NCBI RefSeq assembly: GCF_964355755.1
Contig: NC_092679.1
Coordinates: forward strand, 14,677,432 to 14,741,431
Length of the DNA: 64,000 nt
Direction of reading: 5' to 3'
DNA from: Antedon mediterranea
Taxonomy: Eukaryota > Animalia > Echinodermata
Below the pieces are notes generated by a model. It was not told the DNA's origin and made no database searches. It was given only the letters and a program-made list of their open reading frames with translations. The first letter of the stretch is position 1. Every line of letters begins with the position of its first letter. Positions 23,422 to 34,900 of the stretch are shown here, one piece after another. Position numbers and translations under genes: made by a program.

Positions 23422-25009
23422 TTAATAGTTAATTATTTTAACATCTTTTGATGTGATATCAGTAACAGCTATTTTTCGTGGTCTGTTTGAGATTACACAG
23501 ATGCTAGGATACGCAATTTTCCAAGTTTTTTTTCTTTGAAAAATTACTTTGTCAAAACAACCATTTTTATCAAATAATCTGACTCCAAATTGATCGGATA
23601 TTATTATGTTTTCCTCTTTATCCACTGCCACACCACAAGGAAAACTAAATCCTTTGATTGCTATTTTTTTATTTTCACCAACAATTAGTACTTTGTTTTT
23701 TAGTGTATCACATGCAATCAGATGCCCATCTTTTCTAAAAGTTATATGACGTGGTTCTCTCATTTTAATTTCTTCTGAAGTAATCTTTCCTAACAGATCA
23801 CCATTGTTAATATCAAATTTATAAACGCAGTGAGCATTACAATCAGATACATACAAGACTTCATTTTCCTTGTTAACTGTCAAACCAAATGGATATTTTA
23901 ATGTTCCTTCACCAAATTTGCGCATTTCTTGAAACTTGTCATCACATAATACAACACAATTTGTATCATCACTAAATACCATTCTACCATCACTCATTTG
24001 ATGCATTGTCCGTACATTTTGAGTCATCTCTTCTTTGCCTTTAAATGATCCTGATTGGTCAAATTTTAATAACTCTTTGCTCTCACTTGATACTAAAATA
24101 CATCCATCCATGTCTACTGCAACATCCATGATTTTGTATTCATTTTGATGCTCTTTATACTGTGTAATGTTATCAATGGTATTCACAAGTCCAAGAGGTT
24201 CCACCTTAATATTCACTGGAGATCCTTTAACCTGATAATCTCCAGCCATTATCCTCATCTTCCAATCACCTTCAATATACAATTTACCCTTTATCATGTG
24301 CTCTCCTCCCTGATGGTTGAACTTAGTAGAAGATACTTGACCAGATGCAGAAATTAAACCAATAGTTAATTCACCTTCTTTAACACTTGATACGTTAACT
24401 TCAAATTGTTGTCCTGTTGCAACAGTCAATTGTTTGTCCGATTCTGAAATTTTGTAATTTGTATTAAAAATTAACACTTCACCGATGCCATCTTGGTTTA
24501 TTGAATCATGTATTTGTGTAGATGGGATAAAGTTTGGTGAAACAGTTTTTCCACGAAATGATTGCTGAACACCACAAACCTTATCTTTAACATCAAGGAT
24601 ACTTGCCTTGTAGTTTTCAAGAGCGTTAGGTCCTTCTGCTTTGTCTCGTATTAACTTGACTGATTTAATTTCATCATTCACCTGATCTCTCTTTGCATCT
24701 AAATTATCAAATTGACCAGCAATATCTTCATCCATTGTTTTTTGTATTTCTTCAAGTTCAAAAATTAATTCCTTACTTTTTGCTTGAAACTTCTTGGATA
24801 ACTTTCTTCTCCTGAGCCTCAATAGCTTTTTTGCAAAACTCTACCTGACCTTTAAAGTGAGATGAACGCTCACTAATCAAATAAAAGGTTTCCTCCAAAT
24901 CCTTTTTAACTTCCTCAGCTATTTTAAGTACTTCAGTTGCCTCTTGGTTAAAAGTACAAATAGCATGTTTTTGTCGACAAGTTGAACAGAAGAAATGTTT
25001 AGAACCCAT
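23422..25009 (-). pseudogene. Degenerate or frameshifted paralog of the TRIM-NHL-like gene (eroded B-box, coiled-coil, filamin-like, NHL repeats)
   Basis: ORFs 24773-25009 and 23422-24822 together align to the 566-aa neighbour. One extra base near 24790 (CAA GAA G TTT CAA GCA vs CAA GCG TTG AAA GAA) shifts the frame. The B-box is shortened by several deletions. A splice acceptor (ttttttag) lies directly before the ATG. The frameshift could be an assembly error. Confidence 0.7.
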
Positions 25010-26659
25010 CTAAAAAAATACAAATACCTTATTTTTGTTTTTCATTTTTGATTATCAAATCAATTTTCTTGAAAATGAGTATACAAATGACAAATGTTTA
25101 TGATTTGAATGATTATCATTTTCAACATTATTAATTTTCATAGATAAATACTAACAATTATTTAATAACACATCTACTGTTTTAAAGTAGATTCTTAGTT
25201 CAATTAATCCGCTGCTAGGCCACAACAACATGCCTGTGCCCTGGAGTAGACACTACAGGTTGTTCCCGTTTTTTAATCCTTACCTGGTAAATTAAAAGTT
25301 TAAAACAATTATCATTTATTTATTACGAATGGTGAAATGAAATCATAATAATATAGTTACATATTTATTGACATTTGGAATTATTGTTCATTGATAATTG
25401 CTGATGATCAAATAAAAATCGAAACGTTAGAATCATGGATTGCCTCCAGTTATTTAAAGTTTTAGTCTATACTATATTACTGACATTTTACATTGATAAT
25501 TTTTTATATCTTACACTAGTATACAAAATTGTATCAGCTATTTCTAGTTTTTTAAACCCTTTCCCATCAACCCAGCTGGCTGCATACTCAGGTCTGATTA
25601 CAGAAAAAAAAACATTACTTACATTTGCTGAATATGTTGTTCTCCAAATATTAAACAAGAGCTAATGACACAATCTCTGTTATAACCTGCTACAATTTTG
25701 TAATACTATCAGTAATCTTATCTTATTGATTAACGTTTCTGATTTATCATATTTCAATTGGTTAAATTGCATGGTAGTAATACTTTCAGACAAATCGGTC
25801 AGTTATACCTTTTTTTTTAACAGTTTAAGCCATTTGAAAATTGCATACAAATCTATTTCAGAAAAAATGACACTTTCAAATCAAGTTTGAAAAAAAATGT
25901 ATTCATCATGGATATTTTTGTAGTTGTATTGAGCTAACTTTCACTTCTGCAGTAAAACTTAATTTATTTATTCCCGAAATAATCAACATTTAGCAGATGT
26001 TTTTCATTATGGTTGTAAGCCAGGAATCTAAACCAATATCAATCAAATACATTGGCATTGAGAGCGGAAAATGTCATGTTATGAAATATAAAATTTATCA
26101 TTGTTATAATTTGACTGGAGGTGTATGTTTGCTGTGTTTCCTATCTGCGTAGTGATTTAAAAACTGGTAAATTATCAACATTTTATGTGTCTCACAATGT
26201 TTATTCAAAAGAAAAAAAAGAAACAAATAATTTCAAAGCAACAAAAGTTATATACCTACAAACTTTTCTAAATTGACTATCAAAAACTACCATTTCATAA
26301 TTAAACATAGTATTCCCTAAATTTCAATCCCCATTTTTAATATCTGTAAACTAGCATAATCTGTTTTATATTATTAATAAACTGTTATAATGAACAAAAG
26401 CAATTTAATTACATACATTACGATTTGAAGAACTAAATATGAATATGAAACAAAATAATTGATTGACTGTTCTATTCATTGAGGTATAGCCGATTATTCA
26501 ACAAGGTAAACATTTAACAAGGCTACAAATACTAATAGGCCTACACGAATCATCGGATGGAAACGTTGTGAGCTATAATGCTGACTTTCCTTGGAAAAAT
26601 CAATAAAAGGCCAATTTAGTAGCACCTCAGGCCTCTGGCATTTTTCGCTCTTTTCGACA

Positions 26660-27096
26660 TATTTCATTTCATTTTTTTTATATAATTTATTTTGTTAGCG
26701 AGGTGTTAATCACAGACGGTTCCTTTGTTCTGTATTTTCTCTCATGGAACATCGGTTTTTATATATATAAAAATTTAATCTCTAACTCTGACAGTGTTCT
26801 AGATGGCATATGATAAATAAATAAATGCCGATTCAAAATAAGCGGGCCTTCGAGTTGTTAATGAAGGCTTGTTTGACCATTCCAACATTATCTAGAACTT
26901 GTTTAAATAACGTGTTCGTATTTCTACCACGCTTCGAGCATTTGTCATCTTGGAAGAATATCTTTTTTGTCATCCGATCATTATCGGATCTAATTAGATG
27001 TGCAGCATAATTTCGTTGCTGGGTTTTGATGAATGTAGATAAATCACATATTGTGAATGTCGATGTTGGTGTAATACAGTTTATAACATTCATCAC
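26660..27096 (-). mobile_element. 5'-truncated non-LTR retrotransposon (RTE-like ORF C-terminus plus 3' UTR) between the two TRIM-NHL-like genes
   Basis: IKTQQRNYAAHLIRSDNDRMTKKIFF..KRGR resembles the post-RT W/YxGHxxR..R..K....RGR tail of RTE-type LINEs. A UTR ending in an A-run and (TGAAA) repeats follows. Confidence 0.6.
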
Positions 27097-27240
27097 CTAA
27101 ACTATTTTTCACCGGAATTAAACTGAAACTGAAACCAGTGTAGGCCTACACATTTTTCGAAAGTCATTTGAAGAATAGGAGGGACGTGAAGGAGTTCAGT
27201 GTATCTATATTTAGTCCAGCAGGAAGTAGATTAGACTCAT

Positions 27241-28941
27241 TTAATAGTTAATTATTTTAACATCTTTTGATACACTATCAGTCACCGCTATCTTTCGTGG
27301 ACTGTTTGACATTACACATATGCTTGGATAAGCTTGTTTACAAGTTAACTTTCTAATGTAGATGTCCTTCTTAAAACAACCATTTTTATCAAACAAGTTT
27401 ATAACTTCAGCATTTGATATTATTATATTCTCCTCTTTATCCACTGCCACACCAAAAGGTCCTATGATCGTAAGTGTTCCTTTGAGTTTTCTTGCTATTT
27501 TTTCATTTTCATCAAAAATTAATACTCTGTTATTGTACCAGGCACAAACAATGAGATGGCCGTCTTTAGTCAAAGTTATATGACGTGGTTCTTTCATTTT
27601 AATTTCTTCTGAACCAAACTTCCCTAACAGATCACCATTATTGATATTGAACTTATAAACACAATTAGCTCCAGAATCTGATACATACAAGACTTCTATT
27701 TCCTTGTTAACTGCCAAGCCAAATGGATATGTTAATGTTCCATGACCAAATTTGCGAATTTCTTGAAAATTGTCATCACATAATGTAACACAAGTTGTAT
27801 CATCAGTGAATACCATTCTACCATCACTCATCTGATGCATTGTTCTCACAGTTCGCCTCATCTCTTCTTTGCCTTTAAATTTACCTGATTGGTCAAATTT
27901 CAACAACTCTTTGCTCTCACTTGATACTAATATACATCCATCCATGTCTACTGCAACATCCATGATTTTGTATTCATTTTGATGGTCTTTATACTGTGCA
28001 ATGTTATCAATGGTATTCACAAGTCCAAGAAGTTCCACCTTAATATTCACTGGAGATCCTTTAACCTGATAACCTCCAGCACTGAACTTCATCTGCCAAT
28101 CACCTTCACTAGTACAACTAAATGTTATCATTTGCTCTCCATTTCCATTGTGTTTGATCTTGGAGACATATTCTTTACCAGATTCAGAAATCAACTCAGC
28201 TGTAATTACGCCCTCTTTGAAACTTGATACTTTAACTTCAAATGTACAACTCTTTATGACAGTAAATGGTTTGCCTGCTTCTGCAATTGTGTAATTTGTA
28301 TTAACAATTGAAACTTTACCGATGCAATCTTGATTTATCAAATCATTTATATGTGTAGATGGAATAAAAGTAGGTGCAACACATATTTCATGAAGTGATT
28401 GATGAATACCACAAACCTTATCTTTAACATCAATGATATTTGTCTTATAGTTTGCAAGAGTGTTAGATCTATCTGGTTTGTTTAGTATCAATTTGACTGA
28501 TTTAATTTCATCATTCACCTGATCTCTCTTTGCATCAAGATCTTCAAATTGACCAGTGGTGCCCTCCTCCATTTTTTTCTCCTTTTCTTCAAGTTCCAAA
28601 ATTAATCTCTTACTTTTTTCTTTCAACGCTTGGATAAGTTTTTTCTCCTGAACCTCAATAGCTTTTCTGCATAACTCTGCCTGATCTTTGAAGTGAGATG
28701 AACGTTCAGTAATCAAATAAAAAGTGTCATCCAAATCCTTTTTTACTTCCTCAGCTATTTTAAGTACTTCAGTTGCCTCTTGGTTAAAATTATCAATAGC
28801 ATACTTCATTTTAATCATTTCATGTTTTTGCTGACAATCCAGAAAATGTTCACATTCTGTGCAAGCAGCTTTCTTGCAAGTTGAACAGAAGAACTCTAAT
28901 TCTAGATTATGAGTAGAACACATCTTACTGTTATAAGCCAT
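27241..28941 (-). CDS. RING-less TRIM-NHL-like protein (B-box2, coiled-coil, filamin/Ig-like repeat, NHL beta-propeller), 566 aa, single coding exon
   Basis: B-box CSTH..FFCSTC..ACTEC..C..H, a charged heptad region, filamin-type end WQMKFSAGGYQVKGSPVNIKV, and NHL repeats (YPFGLAVN..LYVSDSGANCVYKF; GPFGVAVDKEENIIIS). Acceptor ttttctag directly precedes the ATG, implying an upstream exon. Confidence 0.88.
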   Translation of the reverse strand: MAYNSKMCSTHNLELEFFCSTCKKAACTECEHFLDCQQKHEMIKMKYAIDNFNQEATEVLKIAEEVKKDLDDTFYLITERSSHFKDQAELCRKAIEVQEKKLIQALKEKSKRLILELEEKEKKMEEGTTGQFEDLDAKRDQVNDEIKSVKLILNKPDRSNTLANYKTNIIDVKDKVCGIHQSLHEICVAPTFIPSTHINDLINQDCIGKVSIVNTNYTIAEAGKPFTVIKSCTFEVKVSSFKEGVITAELISESGKEYVSKIKHNGNGEQMITFSCTSEGDWQMKFSAGGYQVKGSPVNIKVELLGLVNTIDNIAQYKDHQNEYKIMDVAVDMDGCILVSSESKELLKFDQSGKFKGKEEMRRTVRTMHQMSDGRMVFTDDTTCVTLCDDNFQEIRKFGHGTLTYPFGLAVNKEIEVLYVSDSGANCVYKFNINNGDLLGKFGSEEIKMKEPRHITLTKDGHLIVCAWYNNRVLIFDENEKIARKLKGTLTIIGPFGVAVDKEENIIISNAEVINLFDKNGCFKKDIYIRKLTCKQAYPSICVMSNSPRKIAVTDSVSKDVKIINY

Positions 28942-29472
28942 CTAGAAAATCAAAATAACTACTGTTTATGCCTTGATTATCAAACCACACATTACATTTG
29001 TGTATTTAACTATGTACACGGATATCTAATTATGCCAAAACAATGTTATAAATTGTTACCAGAATTGACCATCAATCTTGCAATGTGTATGAACTAGTAT
29101 TATGGCCAAATGTATTCCAATAAAAATGCATGTGAAGTTTTGGAAACTCAATTTTGTGCATCATATTTTAATAAATATAATAAAAATGTGAAAGTTCATG
29201 TCTTCCAATTCAACAAGTAGGAAGTCCTTTTCTTTCTCTCTAACTCCCCCTCCCCTCAAGATGCCTAGTTAGGAAAATTGTTTACTTACTTTTTTTGAAT
29301 ACTTTACACTCCAAATGTTGACAGAGATCTAAATGTTTATAGACACAACCTTGGCTATAACATATTACAAATTGAGATAACTGCCAACGTAAAAGGAAAT
29401 ACAATAATTCTTGGTTTTAAACAATATCCTTCTTGTTCACAAGTGTGACTAAACCATGTTTGTATTCGTTAA

Positions 29473-30019
29473 AGATGCATTGTCCCTTGAAACACAAAAA
29501 AATGAAGGTCAAAATATTATAAATTTAAATTGGCCATATCAAAGTAATATTAAAGTTATTCACTTTAAGTCGAAAATTCAAGCCAAAAGCAACAAGTTTA
29601 CGTAATTAATAGGTAAATTAGTTTATTTGTTTGTTTCTTCTGGAAAATCGTTGCAAGCGAAAGTAAACAAAGATTTCAAACCACGAGTACGCATTATACA
29701 TATGCTAATTACAATTGTTTACAACTCGTCACGGTTGAGAAGGTATTTTCACACAGATCGTGAGGAAGTTTTATGATTATGCATACAGAGTAGCCAAACA
29801 AGCGCGTTTCATTATGGGATATGTTTTCAAATAACTTTGACTTCCAGTCAAAGTTATTTTTTTAACAAAAAAACGTCTGTATTTCAGTTAATTTATTTTT
29901 TTTTGCGATAAATTTTTGGTGATAGTTAATAACTATTATGATACTTCAAAATGACCCACCTTTTTTCGAAGTCTGTTATTTTTTATTTTTTTGGAATTAG
30001 TCAAAGGGACAATACATCT
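29473..30019. mobile_element. Non-autonomous Kolobok-like element
   Basis: TTAA-AGATGCATTGTCCC ... GGGACAATACATCT-TTAA: RR..YY termini with a TTAA TSD. Confidence 0.82.
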
Positions 30020-31037
30020 TTAAATTGTATGTGGTTAGAAAAATCAATAACATAATTGTAAGGTATACCAGAGTATACACAATAGCATATGAGAGACATT
30101 GGTAGAGACCTGTCTGTGCATATTGCTTCCTTTAGCAAAATACTGTTAATCTCATTGCTTCGTCCATTTAAATGGGATGAAAACCATTTGTAACAATGAA
30201 CTTTGTACACTATTTCAATTATTATTATCCATAAAAAATACAAAGTCTGAGATAACTTTGTCTCAGAAAATGAAGTTTAAAATATATAAATTATGAAATT
30301 TATATTTTAAAAAATATTATAAATAAATTTACTACTTTCCTAATTTCCACAACATAAGTCCAGACAATTGTGTCATACAACATATTCAATATGTTTGAAA
30401 AAGCACATTTTATCCTTGGAAATGAAAATGATACTTATAACAATATTATAATTTCCAAAATAGACTTTTTACTTTTGTAAATCATTAAGTAAAACACTGT
30501 GGAAAATCTTTATTGATTGATGACTCGATTCCATAAGTAAGTTTTGTATTGTGTTCTTTATAAGTTTAATCTTACAGTACATACTGTAATTAGTTTTTTG
30601 ATTTATTTTTATTACTTTTTAGTTACTTTTGTATATTTATTGTCGTTTTAAAGTTTTGTTTTGATCTTGACTGCACCATTTGATAAGTGTGCCACCCTTA
30701 TAAAGAAGTCATTATTCAAATAAAGATTATTATATATTATTATACCATAATTAATCTGAATTATTCACGATTTCTGCCCGAGTTTTTGTTTGTTTATTGC
30801 ATATCATCGCAGCTGAAGCTTAATTATAAGACATTTACATTAAAATAAATAAAATCGAGGATAAAAAGTACCAAAAAAAACAACAACAACAACAACAGAA
30901 ACAGAGAAACATATGGAATATACACAATACAATAGGTAAATATAGTACAAACACAAAGTTAGACAAGTTTTAAAAAAAATGCTTATACAGTATTGATAGT
31001 TATACATGGTATAGTAATAGAAACTTTGGAAATGTAG

Positions 31038-31190
31038 TGGAGCTGTAGCTTGATGGTTAACATGCTTGCCTTCCAATCTCAAGGTCCAGGGTTCAATCCT
31101 GACCTAGCGACAGGGTTTAGTAACTCATGACTCTTTCAACTCCACTCCCTAAACCTCAAATGAGACTTGGTTTATAAGCAAGATAAATTA
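31038..31190 (+). mobile_element. tRNA(Gly-like)-derived SINE family 2
   Basis: A-box TAGCTTGATGGTTAA, anticodon-arm-like CTTGCCTTCCAATCTCAAG and B-box GGTTCAATCC, followed by a non-tRNA body. Antisense copies lie at about 43480-43628 and 45350-45460. Confidence 0.78.
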
Positions 31191-31926
31191 AAATTTGTTT
31201 TGACGGTTTCTGAATCATTGGTTTGATATAAAGAATTTTATATACATTGTTAATTACAAACCAGATGAACATTTACAATCAAATTATAGAATAGTTTATC
31301 CATTCTGTAATTGGCAAGTTACTTGTTGGATGTGTATGATATAAAACATTTTAAAAATAAGATAGGAAATAAGTTAGCACTTCATACTTTTATACCCTCA
31401 TCCCTAACCCCTCTAAACCACAATTCCAAAATCTTTGATGAAATGAAAATAAACAAATGTTCAGACTCGTGGCTTAACGGTACCTGCGCATAAAGTCAAA
31501 GGTCAGATTAAAAATATCTTCTTTGAATCTATCAGTAATTTTGACCAATAATTTCAACTTTTGTGAGTCTAAACGACCGTAGTCTACTTGATTGTCATTA
31601 TCTCACGCTATTTGTCTTCGGTAGATACTCTCTTTCAGTGTGTATACTTTATTTTTGGTTGTTGATATTTCCTATCCAGGTAAATATTTGGTAAGCCAAC
31701 AATTAAAAAAAAATAATAATAATGGTCTTATATAGCACCTAATGCAATGTTTCTAAGAACACAAAAATGATACATAAAATATCCTAAAATAACCAAAAAA
31801 GAAAGAAAAGCAGAGGAACCATTTACACACCGCTCCGTTGTCCAGCACTTAAAGCCTTACAAGGACTACAAAATATGTTGCATAAGTTAAAAAACAGATA
31901 CAGTATCTCTGTGAAAACATGGTGAA

Positions 31927-34900
31927 TTAAAATATACTTTCCACATCTAACTGACCCATTTTAATAGAATTTTGCCGTCTTTTTTTCACACTTATTCGAT
32001 CGAGGCATTGAACAATGATGCTTGCACAGATGTGGGTACTGCCAGCAAAGTAAAAAGACACATCATAGTTGTTGGTATAATCATACAGCCAACCTTTGAA
32101 AAATGATACAATTGATTACACTACAATAATTCAATTACATTCGATTATATTACAGTAATTTTTATTACAGTAAGCAAATCGTCACCTAAATAGGTGCTTG
32201 TCATTTGATTGGATGATTAATCCCTTTGTGGACCCACGGCTTATTTAAAAACACCATTTTGTTTAAAATCTCATTCACACTGGACATTTTTTGGTCAAAC
32301 TAAGCAACTGGTCAGTTTTCAAGCATGTTTTAGTTAGGTTTACAGTGAAATTCACTCAGGAAGAATGACCAAGTTATTTCAATGAGCTAAAAATCATATG
32401 CAACCATGTAGATCGGTTTAATTTACAGTAACAGCACAGCATTTTCTATAGTTGATTTTACAACTCTTGGTTAGTTAGGTGGTACCTTTATTTTTGGTAA
32501 AAACAATGCAATGTATATGACTGGAAGATTTAAATAGGCTGAACAAAACAGATTAAATTTACTGAATAAAGTCCAGTGAAAAAACCTCATTCACACTGGA
32601 CCTTTCTTAGTCAGACTAACCAAGAGGTCTATCCACCTTCCTCAACATACTGTAGCTATACAGTTAGGCTTACAAAGTAAAGTCCAGTGTGAATAAAGAT
32701 CTGGTTAGGAAATAATACTCACCACTAAAGATTCCAGCTATGGTAGCCGCTATACCTAATAAGGGAAAAGTGATACCAAGTGTGGCTGATAACATCTGAT
32801 TGCCTACACATTCTCTTTCAAATGGAACAATGAGAGGGTTGTAGATTCCGTTTGCTAATCCAAATAGTATCGCAACAACTAAGAGCCATGAAAAAGAGTT
32901 TGAGACAGGACATAGAAGAGCGATAATGCCTCCTAAAAACAATGCAAAAGTCATTAAGGTATTTACGGAGAAGAACTTATCCACAAAAAATCCATGACAA
33001 ATCCTTGAGAATAGACTTGCCATTCCTAATATGGACATCAACAAAGCTGTTTTCTTTTCTGTTATTCCTGAAACTGTGGCCATATAAGGAAAGTGGACAA
33101 CCACTGGCAAACTTCCAAAGGCCATGAATACTTTCACCATGACAACCAGGATGCAGCAACTATCAGTAAAAACGTACCAGAACGTAGACTTCTTGATGTA
33201 TCCTTTCAATAATGAAGAATAATTAGTTTTTTTATACTCAAAATTCTCTTTTTTCTGTTCCACGCTCATTAAAGATAAACTTATATCTTCTGCTTCATCC
33301 TTGATTTTACTGTCATATTTCTTATTGTCGCCTCTTTCATTAATTTCCTCATCTTTTTCAATTTCATTTTTATCTTTTAACTTAAGGGGGCGCATCAATC
33401 GGGCCACGACAGACATATTCAATGAAACCCCTCCTAGTATGAGAAACGTTCCTCGCCAAGTGTAGTTGTCGATTAAGACACGCAATAGAAGCGGTAAAAC
33501 CACCATTCCGACTCCAGCACCAGAGAAAACAAGTCCGTTTGCGACTGCATAACGTTTTTTGAAATAGTAAATTGGCATGACAACAGTTGGCTGGAAGGCA
33601 AGTCCATATCCAATACCTGAAATTGTAAAAAAAAAAATTCCGTTTCATTATTTTCAAGTTTTACTTCAATTTATGTACAGTGCATTGAAAGTCTGCTTAT
33701 GCACTATATAAGAATTAACTACTGAAATTTTCTATTTGCTATAGAAATTTTGTATCAGTTAAACTTTAAGACTGTACATATGATTGTAATAAATTACCAG
33801 TCCTTAACAATACAGTAACATCTAAGTATCTACATGAACATTCTAGAATAAGATATTTTGATTTAAGAAACCATGTATAATTAATATAAGAACAATCAGG
33901 AGAATCCCAGAAGTGCTATTAATAGAAACTATAATCCAATAGAATAAGAAGTATAAACGATCTAGAAGGATAGGAACATCTTGTATATAAAGGGATGTAA
34001 AACTATTGTAAGGTTGTTGGATATTCAATTGTAAAAGTTATTGTGAAGCTGTTGTTTAAAGTGCTTACTGGATTGTTGAAAGTTGAAGTTGATTGAAATT
34101 AAAGCTTTTTTTTTAGTTTTGTGTGTATACATTTATGTCACAAGGGAGTTCCTAAAGTATTTTCAACCGCTCGGAAGCATACGTAAAGGGAGTTCGTGAC
34201 AATGATACATAATACAATTTAAATTTTTTTTTTTTTACCTTTTCACGCAAGCTGTTAAAGTGAGTGCGATGCATGTTGGGATTTATAGCGGGCTACTAAA
34301 ATTATTAGAATCAACTTATTTACTTTAAAAATATTTTTAAATATCGCAATAGGTCCATGGATAGTAATGTGAGATAATATGAATGTGAATAAAAGTGGTG
34401 TTTGCGCCACAAAAGAGAAAAAAAAAAAAAATAAGGTCCATGGATAGTATTTGTTTTTACATAAAATTTAGTGTGACCTTATATTAAGTTAAAAAAATGT
34501 AGTTCTAGTGTCTTTAATGCACAAAGCCTCTAAATGCTTTCTGTTGCAGCCAGCCAGCAATCAGCTCAGTTGTGCCTGACCTATACCAATGTACTAGGTA
34601 CCCATATTTATGCCTGTGTGTAGGCGTGCTTTTATAACTATACCTTTTGTTTGTTAACATGTTTGCTTGGCTGATTTGTTTTATTATGTAATTTAGTGAT
34701 TGATATGTGTTATCCTTTGTTACAATTCTCTTCACCTGATGATGGGCTATACTGTATGCCTGAAACATGTCATGTTAATATTTATATTGAGGCGGTTAAT
34801 TCAACTTGTTTGGGTGTATAAATATATATATATATATATAAATCAAAGAGCTGCATAGGCAGGATATAGAAAAAAATCAAGATCAAATAAGTTAAAACTG

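Noticed and set aside
31550-31680. Alternative terminal exon of the SLC16 gene
   Set aside because: The preceding exon already reaches an in-frame stop at 31927-31929. Splice signals are weak and the peptide has no family features.
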